32,000 bases of DNA, from contig NC_014833.1 in NCBI RefSeq assembly GCF_000179635.2, positions 2,370,001-2,402,000 on the forward strand. The letters are read 5' to 3'. Both the position numbers and the translations under genes were made by a program. The notes under the pieces were generated by a model. That model searched no databases, was not told the origin of the DNA, and saw only the letters and a list, made by a program, of their open reading frames with translations. Origin of the DNA: Ruminococcus albus 7 = DSM 20455 (GTDB lineage: Bacteria > Bacillota > Clostridia > Oscillospirales > Ruminococcaceae). Below, piece by piece: positions 7,934 to 18,248 of the stretch; positions within the stretch are counted from its first letter, which is position 1, and the number at the start of each line of letters is the position of its first letter.

Positions 7934-10900
7934 TTAAAAATTGAATAGAGACATCTGGCTTGATTTCGGCAGATCACCAAAAGCACCGATGTTTTCAAGT
8001 GCTTCAATGACTGTTTTGGAAATACCGCTGTTCATCTGGAATTCCTCTATGGAAATGAAATCGTTCTTCTTTGCCTTTTCGTAAATAGCAAGCGCCGCGT
8101 TAAGACCTACGCCGTTTATGGCAACGAAGGGCAGTCTAATCTTGCCGTCCTCAATCTCATAGATGTATGCGTGAGACTTGTTGATGTCTATGGGCAGGAA
8201 TTCGTATCCTCGGGACATCATCTCGTTGGTGAGCATCAGCATATCAAGTACGCCGCTGTCCTTGCCGGAACGTTCGTCCTTTGACATATTATTGAGCCTG
8301 TCGATCTTGTCGCGCACCATATATATACCTTTAAGAGTAGTCTCTGCGTCAAAATCCTCACCGCGGACAGTAAAGTATGTAGCGTAGAAAGCCAGAGGTT
8401 CGTGTACCTTGAACCAGCAAAGTCTTATAGCGGCTGTAACGTATGCCGCCGCATGGGCTTTCGGGAACATGTACTTTATCTTCAGACAGCTGTCTATGTA
8501 CCACTCGGGAACATCATGCGCTCTCATATCCTGCTTCATTTCTTCTGTCAGAAGTTTTGGTGCTTTACCCTTACGGGTTATCTCCATAATCTTGAAAGCA
8601 AGCTTTGGTTCAAGGTGATGTTCCAGCAGGTAAACCATGATACTGTCACGGGTACCGATAACGTTGGATATATCGCAGGTACCATTTTTGATGAGTTCCT
8701 GAGCATTGCCCAGCCAAACGTCCGTACCGTGGGATAGTCCCGATATCTGCAAAAGGTCTGAGAAGTTCTTGGGCTTGGATTCAAGCAGCATTCCTCTTAC
8801 GAAAGGTGTACCCATCTCGGGTATGCCGAGAGTACCTGTTTCGCACTTGATATCTTCCGCGGTAACGCCCAGTGAATCGGGCGATGTGAACAGCGAATAT
8901 ACAGCAGGATCCGACATTGGGCAGTCATTGATGTTCATATGTGTAAAATCCTCAAGGTATTTATACATTGTAGGAACATCGTGACCGAGTTCGTCAAGTT
9001 TTAGTATAGTATCATGGAGCGAATGGAAGTCGAAGTGAGTGGTGACCATGTCGGAATCCACCTTATCAGCAGGGTGCTGAACGGGTGTGAAGTCGTAAAC
9101 TTCGTAATCACCCGGGATAACGACCATTCCTCCGGGGTGCTGAGAAGTTGTTCTCTTAACATCGACACAGCCGTTGACCAGTCGCTGTATCTCGGCAGCA
9201 TTAGCGGTCTTGCCGCGTTCATCGAGGTATTTTCGCACGTAGCCGTAAGCGGTCTTATCCGCTACAGTACCAATAGTTCCTGCCTTGAACACGTGATCCT
9301 GACCGAAGAGTTCTTCGGTATACTTATGTACCTTGCCCTGACAGTCACCCGAAAAGTTTAGGTCAATATCAGGAGCTTTATCGCCGTCGAAACCAAGGAA
9401 CGTTTCAAAGGGTATCTTATGGCCGTCACGGTGCATAGGTATGCCGCAGTTAGGGCAGTCCTTCGGGGGCAGGTCGAAGCCCGAGCCATATTCACCGTTT
9501 TCAAAGAACTCGGAATAATGGCACTTGCGGCAGATGTAATGTGGTTCAAGAGGATTGACCTCCGATATACCAGACATTGAAGCAACGAAAGAGGAACCAA
9601 CAGAACCACGGGAACCTACCTGATAGCCGCATTCGTTGGAATAAGCAACCAGTTTCTGGGATATCATGTACAGCACCGAGAATCCGTGCTTTATGATGGA
9701 GTCCAGTTCACGTTTAAGGCGCTTGAAGACCAGCGGATGAACGTGTTCCTCGAAATATGCGGAAACGTCAACGTCCTCACCCTCGGGGACTTCTATTGAC
9801 ATGGGGTCGCAGTCACCGTAAAGCTCACAGGCTTTACGCCAGCAGATTATCTGAAGTTCATACACAGCACCCTCGATAAAAGGTGTGTATGTACCCACAG
9901 GGAAAGCCTGCAGGTCTGCATCTATCATGTCTGCCACGTTATTTGTGTTTGTTACAACTACTTCAAAAGCCTTATCTTCACCGAGATATGAAAGTTCTTC
10001 CAGCATCTGTGTAGTGGATTTCAGATACAGCGGTGCCTGATTATCGCAGTCAGAAAAGCCCATTGAAGCCTGTATTATTGCCCTGAACTTTGCATCCTCT
10101 TTATTAAGGAAATGAACGTCGCCGGTAGCGCATACGGGTATGCCCAGGTCCTCGCCAAGCTTCACTATGAAACGGTTTATGTCCTTAACGTCCTCGACAG
10201 TCTTTATCCTGTCATAAGGAGGTTTTTCAGCAGTAAGCATGAACATATTATTGCCGTCGGGCTGTATCTCAAGATAGTCATAAAAAGCGGCTATCTGCTT
10301 TATGTATTCGTAAGGTTTGTTTTCAAGGTAAGCCTGAATGACCTCTCCCCTCTCGCAGGCACTGCCAACTATAAGACCCTCACGAAGTTTTGTCAGCTCG
10401 CTTTTGGGTATACGGGGACGGCGCTTGAAGTATTTGAGGTTGGAGTCCGATATAAGCTTATAAAGGTTTTTCAGACCGATATTGTTCCGTACAAGTATTA
10501 TCTGATGATAAACGTCTTTAGTTTCGGTAATGGAATCAAGTTCACCCAAAAGACCGTTGAGCATATCAACGGTTATCAGCACAAGTGGATACTGGGCCAT
10601 CAGCATTTTGGAAAGTTCAATGAATATATGTCCAAGAACCTCGGCATCGTCACAGCCGCGGTGATGCTGAAAATCTCCGTAACCGAAATGCTCGGCAACG
10701 TAGTTGAGCTTGTGCCTTTCAAGCTGAGGGAGCATGAGCTGTGACATTGGGACGGTATCTACGCTTGAAAAGTTGAAATCTATACCGAGCCTTTCGCAGG
10801 TATTCCTGATAAATCCCGTATCAAATGGGGCATTGTGTGCCACAAGACAGGGAGAATCTCCGCAGAAAGCAATAAACGCATCTATAGCAGTCCTTATATC

Positions 10901-12436
10901 AGCCTGACCTTTGAGCATATCATCGGTGATGTTTGTCAGGTTTGATATGAACTCGGTGAGGGGTACTTCGGGGTCAACAAGCATATCGAACTTGTCAACT
11001 ATCTCAAGGTTTCTCAGCTTAACAGCTCCGATCTCGATGATCTTATCTTCCTTAGCGTTTGTACCTGTTGTTTCAAGGTCGAAGCATATTATCTCATCGG
11101 TAAGTTCACGCTTATCAACACCTGCAAATATCCTTGCATCGTTATTGACCTCGTAAGCTTCGACACCGTAGAGTATTTTAAATTCCTGTCCCGACTTGCG
11201 TATATCCGAACATTTAGTACCCGCAGCAGGGAATCCCTGAACAACACCGTGATCTGTTATAGCCAGAGCCTTATGCCCCCAGCCGGCAGCCTTTGCAACC
11301 AACTTTTCAGGAGCTGCAAGGGCATCCATCATGGACATATTGGTATGGCAGTGAAGCTCTACTCGCTTTGATTCGGATGTATCCTTTTCCTTTTCGCGGC
11401 CTACAAGCATTATATCATCCGCCATGAAATAGATGTTATGGTCGAAATCATCCTCTTCGATCTTTCCGCGTGCGATGATGGTTGAACCTTTTTTCATTTT
11501 TCCAAGCATGGATTCAAGATGATCTCTGGTAAGTTTAATAAACTTGCCTTTCTTGGTCGAACCTATCATCTTCATCATGCAAGAGGATTCATAGTCGGTG
11601 AAATATACAGTAGCGATAAGACTGCCGTTTTTAGTTTCTTTCGTTTCAACCTGGAAAATATCTCCCCATACAGTAACAACATCGTTAAAGTGTTCAAGTG
11701 ACGAAGAATCGTTTGGCAGACTGGCCATGCTGTAAACACGGCTCTCGGACTGTATGGGGCCGCCTTTGAGCACGGTAGCACCCTCGCCAAGGAGATGAAG
11801 ACTTGTAAAATCAACATCGACAGTTCTGAACTCAGTAACTGCATCACCTGAACCGCCGCCATTATTGTTCTTGGCAGCTGCTGCTTTTTCTTCATAAGCT
11901 TTTATATCAGGCATAGGCATAGACTCAAAGAACTCTTTCTGCGCCTGTTCGTACTGCTCCATATCATTTGAAAGAACGCCTTCAAAAGATATTTCTGCAG
12001 GTGTTGAGAAAAGTTCTGTGACGAGCCTTGTAAACACGGTATATATCCCTGCTTTTTTCATAAGCTCAAAACCGCCGTGCTTTAATGTAACAGTGAAGGT
12101 CTTTCCGTCAAATGAAGATTCAGCATCATCAAGAAAGCCGTTCACAAAAGGAAAACGGCTCTTCATGAATTTACACAGTTCACTGAAATAAGCGGCACTA
12201 AGCTTATCCGGAGTAAAACGAGGATAAAGCTCAAAATTACAGCAGAGTGCGTTTCTCATGCGCTGCTCAAACTGTGAAACCGAATCAAAAGGAACTGTAT
12301 TTTCAAATGATGCAACGCATTCAAGGTCTTTCATATCCTCTGAGAAGATCAGCCTGAGTATTTTTCCCTCAGATATCTCAGCAGATATCGAATCTGTATA
12401 TTCTTCAAAATATTCACCTATCGTATGTGTAGCCAT
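7934..12436 (-). CDS. polC: DNA polymerase III alpha subunit, PolC type (PHP, 3'-5' exonuclease and polymerase core)
   Basis: 1500 aa. It has the PHP motif ELHCHTNMSMMDA, a DEDDh exonuclease (FDLETTG...HNAPFD), a CxxC...CPNCG zinc module and a conserved polymerase core. The architecture is that of Gram-positive PolC. Confidence 0.97.
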   Translation of the reverse strand: MATHTIGEYFEEYTDSISAEISEGKILRLIFSEDMKDLECVASFENTVPFDSVSQFEQRMRNALCCNFELYPRFTPDKLSAAYFSELCKFMKSRFPFVNGFLDDAESSFDGKTFTVTLKHGGFELMKKAGIYTVFTRLVTELFSTPAEISFEGVLSNDMEQYEQAQKEFFESMPMPDIKAYEEKAAAAKNNNGGGSGDAVTEFRTVDVDFTSLHLLGEGATVLKGGPIQSESRVYSMASLPNDSSSLEHFNDVVTVWGDIFQVETKETKNGSLIATVYFTDYESSCMMKMIGSTKKGKFIKLTRDHLESMLGKMKKGSTIIARGKIEEDDFDHNIYFMADDIMLVGREKEKDTSESKRVELHCHTNMSMMDALAAPEKLVAKAAGWGHKALAITDHGVVQGFPAAGTKCSDIRKSGQEFKILYGVEAYEVNNDARIFAGVDKRELTDEIICFDLETTGTNAKEDKIIEIGAVKLRNLEIVDKFDMLVDPEVPLTEFISNLTNITDDMLKGQADIRTAIDAFIAFCGDSPCLVAHNAPFDTGFIRNTCERLGIDFNFSSVDTVPMSQLMLPQLERHKLNYVAEHFGYGDFQHHRGCDDAEVLGHIFIELSKMLMAQYPLVLITVDMLNGLLGELDSITETKDVYHQIILVRNNIGLKNLYKLISDSNLKYFKRRPRIPKSELTKLREGLIVGSACERGEVIQAYLENKPYEYIKQIAAFYDYLEIQPDGNNMFMLTAEKPPYDRIKTVEDVKDINRFIVKLGEDLGIPVCATGDVHFLNKEDAKFRAIIQASMGFSDCDNQAPLYLKSTTQMLEELSYLGEDKAFEVVVTNTNNVADMIDADLQAFPVGTYTPFIEGAVYELQIICWRKACELYGDCDPMSIEVPEGEDVDVSAYFEEHVHPLVFKRLKRELDSIIKHGFSVLYMISQKLVAYSNECGYQVGSRGSVGSSFVASMSGISEVNPLEPHYICRKCHYSEFFENGEYGSGFDLPPKDCPNCGIPMHRDGHKIPFETFLGFDGDKAPDIDLNFSGDCQGKVHKYTEELFGQDHVFKAGTIGTVADKTAYGYVRKYLDERGKTANAAEIQRLVNGCVDVKRTTSQHPGGMVVIPGDYEVYDFTPVQHPADKVDSDMVTTHFDFHSLHDTILKLDELGHDVPTMYKYLEDFTHMNINDCPMSDPAVYSLFTSPDSLGVTAEDIKCETGTLGIPEMGTPFVRGMLLESKPKNFSDLLQISGLSHGTDVWLGNAQELIKNGTCDISNVIGTRDSIMVYLLEHHLEPKLAFKIMEITRKGKAPKLLTEEMKQDMRAHDVPEWYIDSCLKIKYMFPKAHAAAYVTAAIRLCWFKVHEPLAFYATYFTVRGEDFDAETTLKGIYMVRDKIDRLNNMSKDERSGKDSGVLDMLMLTNEMMSRGYEFLPIDINKSHAYIYEIEDGKIRLPFVAINGVGLNAALAIYEKAKKNDFISIEEFQMNSGISKTVIEALENIGAFGDLPKSSQMSLFNF

Positions 12437-12453
12437 TTGAAAACCGTCCTATC

Positions 12454-13491
12454 TTATAACTTCTCTATTTCGTCCATGAGTGCCTGAAGAGCCTTGTCCT
12501 CAGATACTGTATAGAGCTTTTCGCCGTGTGCAAATATGACAGCCTTGCCATCACCGCCTGCGATGCCGATATCAGCTTCGCCCGCTTCTCCTATACCATT
12601 CACGACACAGCCCATCACTGCAACTTTGATATCCTTATGGATATCCTTGGTAAGTTCCTCTACCTTCTTGGCAAGACCGATAAGGTCTATCCTCGTCCTG
12701 CCGCAGGTAGGACATGATACTATCTGCACTCCGCTGCCTCTGCCAATTGCTTTGAGTATATCCTTAGCGGCATATATCTCCTTTTCGGGTGAGTCTGTCA
12801 GTGATACCCTTATGGTTTCACCTATGCCGTCGACCAGCAGAGAACCGATACCAATTGAGGATTTTATCAGACCCATTCGCTCGGTGCCCGCTTCCGTCAC
12901 ACCTAAGTGCAGAGGATAACTTACAAGCTCGGAAAGTTTGCGATAAGCTTCTATCATTATATTAACATCCGATGATTTAAGCGAAATGACGATATCACCG
13001 AAATCACACTGTTCAAGAATACTAACGTGACCCATAGCACTTTCTACAAGTGCATCAGCACATGGCGAACCGTATTTTGCAAGCAGATCCTTTTCAAGCG
13101 AACCGCCGTTAACTCCGATCCTTATGGGGATATGCTTTTCGGTGCATTTTTTTACTACTGCCTTAACTTTTTCCATATCGCCGATATTGCCGGGATTAAT
13201 ACGTATCTTGTCGATACCTGCATCAGCTGCGGCAAGTGCCAGTTTATAGTCAAAGTGTATATCCGCTACAAGAGGGATATTTATCTTTTCCTTTATAGCA
13301 GGGATAAGCGCCACAGCATCCATATTCGGGATAGCCGCACGTACTATCTCGCAGCCGGCTTTTTCAAGGCTTACTGCCTGTGCCACAGAACCCTCGATAT
13401 CAGTCGAAGGCACATTCAGCATTGATTGTATATAAATATGCTTGCCGTCAAGTGTAAGGTTACCTACCTTGACAGGTCTGACGTTTCTCAT
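12454..13491 (-). CDS. ispG: 4-hydroxy-3-methylbut-2-en-1-yl diphosphate synthase
   Basis: 345 aa. Motifs VQSMLN, IVRAAIP, IRINPGNIG, SCPTCGR and GCVVNGIGE are typical of GcpE/IspG. AAGGAGAG RBS. Confidence 0.95.
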   Translation of the reverse strand: MRNVRPVKVGNLTLDGKHIYIQSMLNVPSTDIEGSVAQAVSLEKAGCEIVRAAIPNMDAVALIPAIKEKINIPLVADIHFDYKLALAAADAGIDKIRINPGNIGDMEKVKAVVKKCTEKHIPIRIGVNGGSLEKDLLAKYGSPCADALVESAMGHVSILEQCDFGDIVISLKSSDVNIMIEAYRKLSELVSYPLHLGVTEAGTERMGLIKSSIGIGSLLVDGIGETIRVSLTDSPEKEIYAAKDILKAIGRGSGVQIVSCPTCGRTRIDLIGLAKKVEELTKDIHKDIKVAVMGCVVNGIGEAGEADIGIAGGDGKAVIFAHGEKLYTVSEDKALQALMDEIEKL

Positions 13492-13763
13492 TTCAACGCT
13501 CTCCTTTTTAATTTAACCATTTTGCCAGCAGTTCATCGACCTTCGTTCTGCCGTGGAGTGCATCGCGCCACTTACAGGGATACCGTTATGGCGGAATACT
13601 ATATCTTCAAGAAACTTATCGGAAAAGTTTTCTGTTCAGAATGACCTATCTCCCTAAAGCAGTACTCCGATATATGACCTATGAAATCCATGGGGAGACG
13701 ATCACTTGATCCCCGACCGGCAGACCAAAGATGCCGACTTTAAATTTGTCTGCATCTTTCATA

Positions 13764-14819
13764 TCATACTAACTTTGTTATATCGCTGACAGTAATAACT
13801 ACCATGAGCAAAAGCAAAGCAGCCATACCTATGGTATGCACCATACCTTCTTTCTCGGGAGGTACAGGCTTTCTGCGGATAGCTTCAAGTAACAGGAATA
13901 TAAATCTGCCGCCGTCAAGTGCAGGCAGAGGCAGGATATTAAAGACACCTACATTTATCGATATGAACGAAGAGAAATAAAGTATGGAATACATCAGACT
14001 CTTCCAGTTGATCTTTCCGGTTTTTTCATCACGCTCACTGTCTATTACATCCCCGATAGAATCTACGATACCAACAGGGCCGCTCATATCTTTCAACGAG
14101 TATTTTCCTCTTATTATATCAGCAAGAGATATATAGATCAGCCTTGCATCGGTAGCTGTCTGTTTGAAAGCCTGAGTAACCACAGAACCTGCGGTAACTT
14201 CTTGGGGCTCTACCCAGAAATCGTAGTGGATACTCATCTGTCCTTCTTCGTTAACAGATGTCGCAAGCTTGACATCTTTCAGGCTGACACGCTTGCCGTT
14301 TCTTACTACGACCATATCGTAAACACCGTCATCGTCGGTGCTGAATTTGTAGGACATATCAGTCGAGGTGAATATCCTCATTCCGTTTATAGCGATTATC
14401 TTGTCATCAACTTTAAGTCCTGTCTGTTGACTGACTGCTTTATCTTCAAATTTTGATATGGTCGTTGTAGCTATAGCATCACTCATACAAGTCTGTACCA
14501 TGATGAGTATCAGACCAAGTATAAGATTCATGCATACGCCTGCAACAACGATTATCATCCTTCTCCAAACTGCTTTCTGACAGAATGCTTTTCCGTCAGC
14601 ACTTTCGGTGTCCTCACCCTCCATGGCGCAGTATCCGCCTATAGGAAAAATCCTGAGCGCGTAAAGAGTTTCTCCCTTTTTCTTTTTGAACAGTGCCGGG
14701 CCCATGCCGATAGCAAACTCGTTCACCTTTACACCATTCGCCTTTGCAGCGATAAAATGTCCAAATTCATGGATAGTTATTATCAAACTGAAAATTACAA
14801 CTGCTACGATTATACTCAT
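13764..14819 (-). CDS. rseP: RIP metalloprotease RseP/YluC family (M50 site-2 protease)
   Basis: 351 aa. It has HEFGHF (HExxH) in the first TM segment, a central PDZ-like segment and a C-terminal NxxPxxxLDGG motif (NILPLPALDGG). Its ATG overlaps the dxr stop by 1 nt (TGATG). Confidence 0.9.
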   Translation of the reverse strand: MSIIVAVVIFSLIITIHEFGHFIAAKANGVKVNEFAIGMGPALFKKKKGETLYALRIFPIGGYCAMEGEDTESADGKAFCQKAVWRRMIIVVAGVCMNLILGLILIMVQTCMSDAIATTTISKFEDKAVSQQTGLKVDDKIIAINGMRIFTSTDMSYKFSTDDDGVYDMVVVRNGKRVSLKDVKLATSVNEEGQMSIHYDFWVEPQEVTAGSVVTQAFKQTATDARLIYISLADIIRGKYSLKDMSGPVGIVDSIGDVIDSERDEKTGKINWKSLMYSILYFSSFISINVGVFNILPLPALDGGRFIFLLLEAIRRKPVPPEKEGMVHTIGMAALLLLMVVITVSDITKLV

Positions 14820-15973
14820 CAGAATTGCCTTTCTATTATTCTCTTTGAAACGTATTCCCTTGCAGCTCTGTCAGCTTCAAGGATATCATCAACACTATGT
14901 ATATCTTTATTTTCTGTATTACCGAGAACTTCCTCAACAAGTTCTCCTATACCAAGGAAGCTTATCTTTCCGTCAAGAAAAGCAGCAACTGCCTGTTCGT
15001 TGGCACCGTTGACTGCTGCAGGAAGAATCCCACCTGCCGTTACTGCTTTGATGCAGGCAGTAAGGCACTTAAAAGTTTCGTAATCAGGCTTTGAAAATGT
15101 CAGCTTACCATAATCCGTCAAGGATAGATGCTTTACATCACAATGTACCCTATTCGGATAAAGCAGAGCGTACTGTATCGGTATTTTCATATCCGGAACG
15201 CCTAGCTGAGCTATAACGGAATTATCCTCAAACTCCACCGCAGAATGTATAACGCTTTCGCGGTGAACAACTATCTCTATCTGCTCGGGACGAAGATCAA
15301 AAAGCCACATAGCCTCAATAAATTCCAGGCCCTTGTTCATCAGTGTGGCAGAATCTATAGTTATCTTACTGCCCATAGACCAGTTAGGGTGATCAAGCGC
15401 CTGTTCAACTGTAACATCATGAAGATCATCGATAGTCTTTCCGAAGAACGGCCCGCCCGACGCTGTAAGGATAATTCCCTTGACAGTATTCATACTGTTA
15501 CCCTGTAATGCCTGAAATATAGCCGAATGTTCACTGTCAACAGGATAGATCTTTACACCTTTTTCCTTAGCGGCATTAATTACAAGCTTACCGCCTGCAA
15601 CAAGAGTCTCCTTATTTGCAAGGGCAATATCCGTACCGTGTTCTATAGCTGTAAGAGTAGGCACAAGACCAACCATACCCACCACGGAATTAAGCATTAT
15701 ATCAACGCCGTCAAGTGAAGCGATAGTCTTCAGACCTTCCATGCCCGTCAGCAAAGTGACGTTTCTGCCTGCCAGACAGCTTTTCAGTTGATCAAGCTTT
15801 TTTTCATCAAAAATACAAGCATACTCCGCACCGAATTTAACGACCTGTTCTGCCAGCAGCTTTGCATTTGAATGTGCTGCCAAGGCTTTTACCTTGATAG
15901 AGTGTTCCTCACATACTTCCAGCGCCTGAGTACCGATCGAACCTGTTGAACCTAATATACTGATAGTTTTCAT
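14819..15973 (-). CDS. dxr: 1-deoxy-D-xylulose 5-phosphate reductoisomerase
   Basis: 384 aa. Motifs ILGSTGSIGTQ (NADPH binding), LANKE, PVDSEHSA and HPNWSMG are present. Confidence 0.95.
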   Translation of the reverse strand: MKTISILGSTGSIGTQALEVCEEHSIKVKALAAHSNAKLLAEQVVKFGAEYACIFDEKKLDQLKSCLAGRNVTLLTGMEGLKTIASLDGVDIMLNSVVGMVGLVPTLTAIEHGTDIALANKETLVAGGKLVINAAKEKGVKIYPVDSEHSAIFQALQGNSMNTVKGIILTASGGPFFGKTIDDLHDVTVEQALDHPNWSMGSKITIDSATLMNKGLEFIEAMWLFDLRPEQIEIVVHRESVIHSAVEFEDNSVIAQLGVPDMKIPIQYALLYPNRVHCDVKHLSLTDYGKLTFSKPDYETFKCLTACIKAVTAGGILPAAVNGANEQAVAAFLDGKISFLGIGELVEEVLGNTENKDIHSVDDILEADRAAREYVSKRIIERQF

Positions 15974-15984
15974 AAATAAGACCT

Positions 15985-16030
15985 CTGTAAAAAACGTTCA
16001 AAAGGGGTAAGCCATTCAGACCTGCCCCTT
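15985..16030 (-). terminator. Weak intrinsic terminator or attenuator between cdsA and dxr
   Basis: The minus strand reads AAGGGG, a 17 nt loop, CCCCTT, then TTGAACGTTTTTT. The stem is only 6 bp and the loop is large, so termination is probably partial at best. Confidence 0.3.
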
Positions 16031-16035
16031 GACCG

Positions 16036-16932
16036 TTATATATTTGTACCTACTATAAGCACGCCCTGTGAAGCAAGGTAGCAAATGAACGGAACTACCA
16101 GCAAAGCGCTGTCAAATCTGTCCATAACACCGCCGTGTCCCGGCATTATATTTCCGTAGTCCTTGATACCCGTCTGACGCTTTATCATAGATGCTGTAAG
16201 ATCTCCTACCAACCCTATAATAGCTGATACCATACCTGCAGCAAAGACCACGATGTAATTTACCTTGAACCCGGGATTTACCAGATCAAAAACAAGACTG
16301 GTGATCACAAGTATAAGACCATTGGTTATAACACCGCCCACAAGACCTTCAAGGGTTTTGTTAGGGCTGATCTCAGGCCACGGATGATGTACTTCCCTGC
16401 CGGTTTTGTTAAAGAAAGTTCCGACGAAATACGCACCGCTGTCAGCAAGCCAAGCCGCCGCAAGGGATATAACCATCAGGTAGACCTGTGCTCTTCCTTT
16501 TGCGCCGTCTGCCACATTGAAAGGAATATCATCGTCCTGTGCCAGCTTTATAAGTGTTCCAAAAGCGTAGCTTATCAGTACAGTAGTACCCAGCATACCG
16601 AAAAAATCTGTAAACCCGAGAGTTTTATGATCCTTAAGATACAGTATGCACATAGTCAGTACAAAAATACCAAGATAGCACCTGTAACTGAAAAAATAAA
16701 GTGTATGCATCCTGAAAATAAAATAAGGTACTATCGCATCTATTGCCGCAAAAGCCATACAAGCGATATTCTGATACTTGTATTTATCATAACCGACAGC
16801 TTTGAACACTTCATAAACTGCCAGCACAGACAGCGCTCCCACAGCAAGATTTATCAAAAAAGTTGAATGCAATGCTACGAGGATGATGGCCGCGACCAGC
16901 GCCACCGCAGCAGAGATTATTCGTGTGGACAT
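16036..16932 (-). CDS. cdsA: Phosphatidate cytidylyltransferase
   Basis: 298 aa polytopic membrane protein. The C-terminal CTP-transferase signature is SxxKRxxGxKDxxxxxPGHGGxxDRxD (SMIKRQTGIKDYGNIMPGHGGVMDRFD). Confidence 0.9.
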   Translation of the reverse strand: MSTRIISAAVALVAAIILVALHSTFLINLAVGALSVLAVYEVFKAVGYDKYKYQNIACMAFAAIDAIVPYFIFRMHTLYFFSYRCYLGIFVLTMCILYLKDHKTLGFTDFFGMLGTTVLISYAFGTLIKLAQDDDIPFNVADGAKGRAQVYLMVISLAAAWLADSGAYFVGTFFNKTGREVHHPWPEISPNKTLEGLVGGVITNGLILVITSLVFDLVNPGFKVNYIVVFAAGMVSAIIGLVGDLTASMIKRQTGIKDYGNIMPGHGGVMDRFDSALLVVPFICYLASQGVLIVGTNI

Positions 16933-16935
16933 TAG

Positions 16936-17664
16936 TTAAATTCCTCCGAATCTTCTGTTTCTTTCGCAAAAATCAAGTATCGCTCTGTCGAAATCAGCAT
17001 TTTTGAAATCAGGCCAGAGGATATTTGTATAATAGAATTCAGCATAAGCCGCCTGCCATATCATAAAGTTGGACAGCCGTTGCTCACCGCTGGGTCTTAT
17101 CACAAGATCAAGCGGTGGGATCTCTTCGGTATAAAGGTTACGTTCTATCATATCCTCGGTTATATCTTGAGGATCAAGTTCACCTCGCTTGACCTGTTCA
17201 GCAAGCGTTTTAACACTGTGACAGATCTCATCCCTGCCGCCGTAGTTGATGGCAAGCACGAGTGTCATAGCGTCAAAATCCTTTGAAGTCTCCTCGGTAT
17301 GACGCATTTTTGCCTGAAGTGATGGCTTCAGCTGCGACCTGTCGCCTATGAACCTTATACGGATATTCTCCTCGATAAAATCTTCAACCTCATCGAGGTA
17401 TTTTTCAAAAAGATCCATTATCGCGTCCACTTCATCTTTCGGACGCTTCCAGTTCTCCGTAGAGAACGCATAGAACGTGATATAATCAATACCCACCGCT
17501 TTGGCGTGCTTGGTTATTGAACGGAAATTCTTAGCACCCTCACGATGCCCGAACTTTCTGGGCAGACCACGTTTTTTTGCCCATCTGCCGTTACCGTCCA
17601 TGATGACCCCCACGTGTACGGGAGGTATGATATTATCACCTAAACAGCTTATTTTCCTAGCCAT
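16936..17664 (-). CDS. uppS: Isoprenyl transferase (undecaprenyl diphosphate synthase family)
   Basis: 242 aa. Motifs HVGVIMDGNGRWA, FSTENWKRP and IRPSGEQRLSNF are present. Confidence 0.95.
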   Translation of the reverse strand: MARKISCLGDNIIPPVHVGVIMDGNGRWAKKRGLPRKFGHREGAKNFRSITKHAKAVGIDYITFYAFSTENWKRPKDEVDAIMDLFEKYLDEVEDFIEENIRIRFIGDRSQLKPSLQAKMRHTEETSKDFDAMTLVLAINYGGRDEICHSVKTLAEQVKRGELDPQDITEDMIERNLYTEEIPPLDLVIRPSGEQRLSNFMIWQAAYAEFYYTNILWPDFKNADFDRAILDFCERNRRFGGI

Positions 17665-17672
17665 TAGTCACC

Positions 17673-18227
17673 TTAGATAGAGAGGATCTCTTTTTCCTTC
17701 TCAGCAACGTGACCGTCGATCTCCTTGATGAACTTATCAGTGATCTTCTGGATAGCTTCCTCGCCGTCCTTCTGCTCATCCTCGGTGATCTCGTTGTTCT
17801 TCTTCTTAGCCTTGATCTTTTCGATAGCGTCACGTCTGATAGAACGTACAGCTACCTTGGTATCCTCGCCGCCCTTCTTGACGTCCTTAACGATCTCCTT
17901 ACGTCTGTCTTCTGTCAGCTGAGGGAATATCAGTCTGATAGTCTGACCATCATTCTGGGGATTGATACCGATATCGGAAGCCTGTATAGCCTTCTCGATA
18001 GACTTCAGAGTGCTCTTATCCCAGGGTGTGATAACAAGTATCCTTGCTTCTGCAACAGATACAGCAGCCATCTGATTGACGGGAGTAGGAGAACCATAGT
18101 AGTCAACCTTAACTTTATCAAGAACGGCAGGGTTAGCTCTGCCTGCTCTTATTGCTGCAAAATCAGAAAGCATAACGTTTACCGACTTCTCCATTTTCTC
18201 CTTAGCTTTATTCTTTATTTCCTGCAT
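17673..18227 (-). CDS. frr: Ribosome recycling factor
   Basis: 184 aa. The sequence LSDFAAIRAGRANPAVLDKVKVDYYGSPTPVNQMA...LTEDRRKE is typical of Frr. Confidence 0.95.
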   Translation of the reverse strand: MQEIKNKAKEKMEKSVNVMLSDFAAIRAGRANPAVLDKVKVDYYGSPTPVNQMAAVSVAEARILVITPWDKSTLKSIEKAIQASDIGINPQNDGQTIRLIFPQLTEDRRKEIVKDVKKGGEDTKVAVRSIRRDAIEKIKAKKKNNEITEDEQKDGEEAIQKITDKFIKEIDGHVAEKEKEILSI

Positions 18228-18248
18228 AACATATCTTCCTTTCGTTAT

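Noticed and set aside
10112-10744. 210 aa plus-strand ORF inside polC
   Set aside because: It is antisense to the conserved PolC core. It has no RBS and no motifs.
13679-13762. 27-codon ORF (MKDADKFKVGIFGLPVGDQVIVSPWIS) starting 1 nt after the rseP stop
   Set aside because: It has no RBS and no recognisable family. I kept it only as part of the unexplained-spacer finding.
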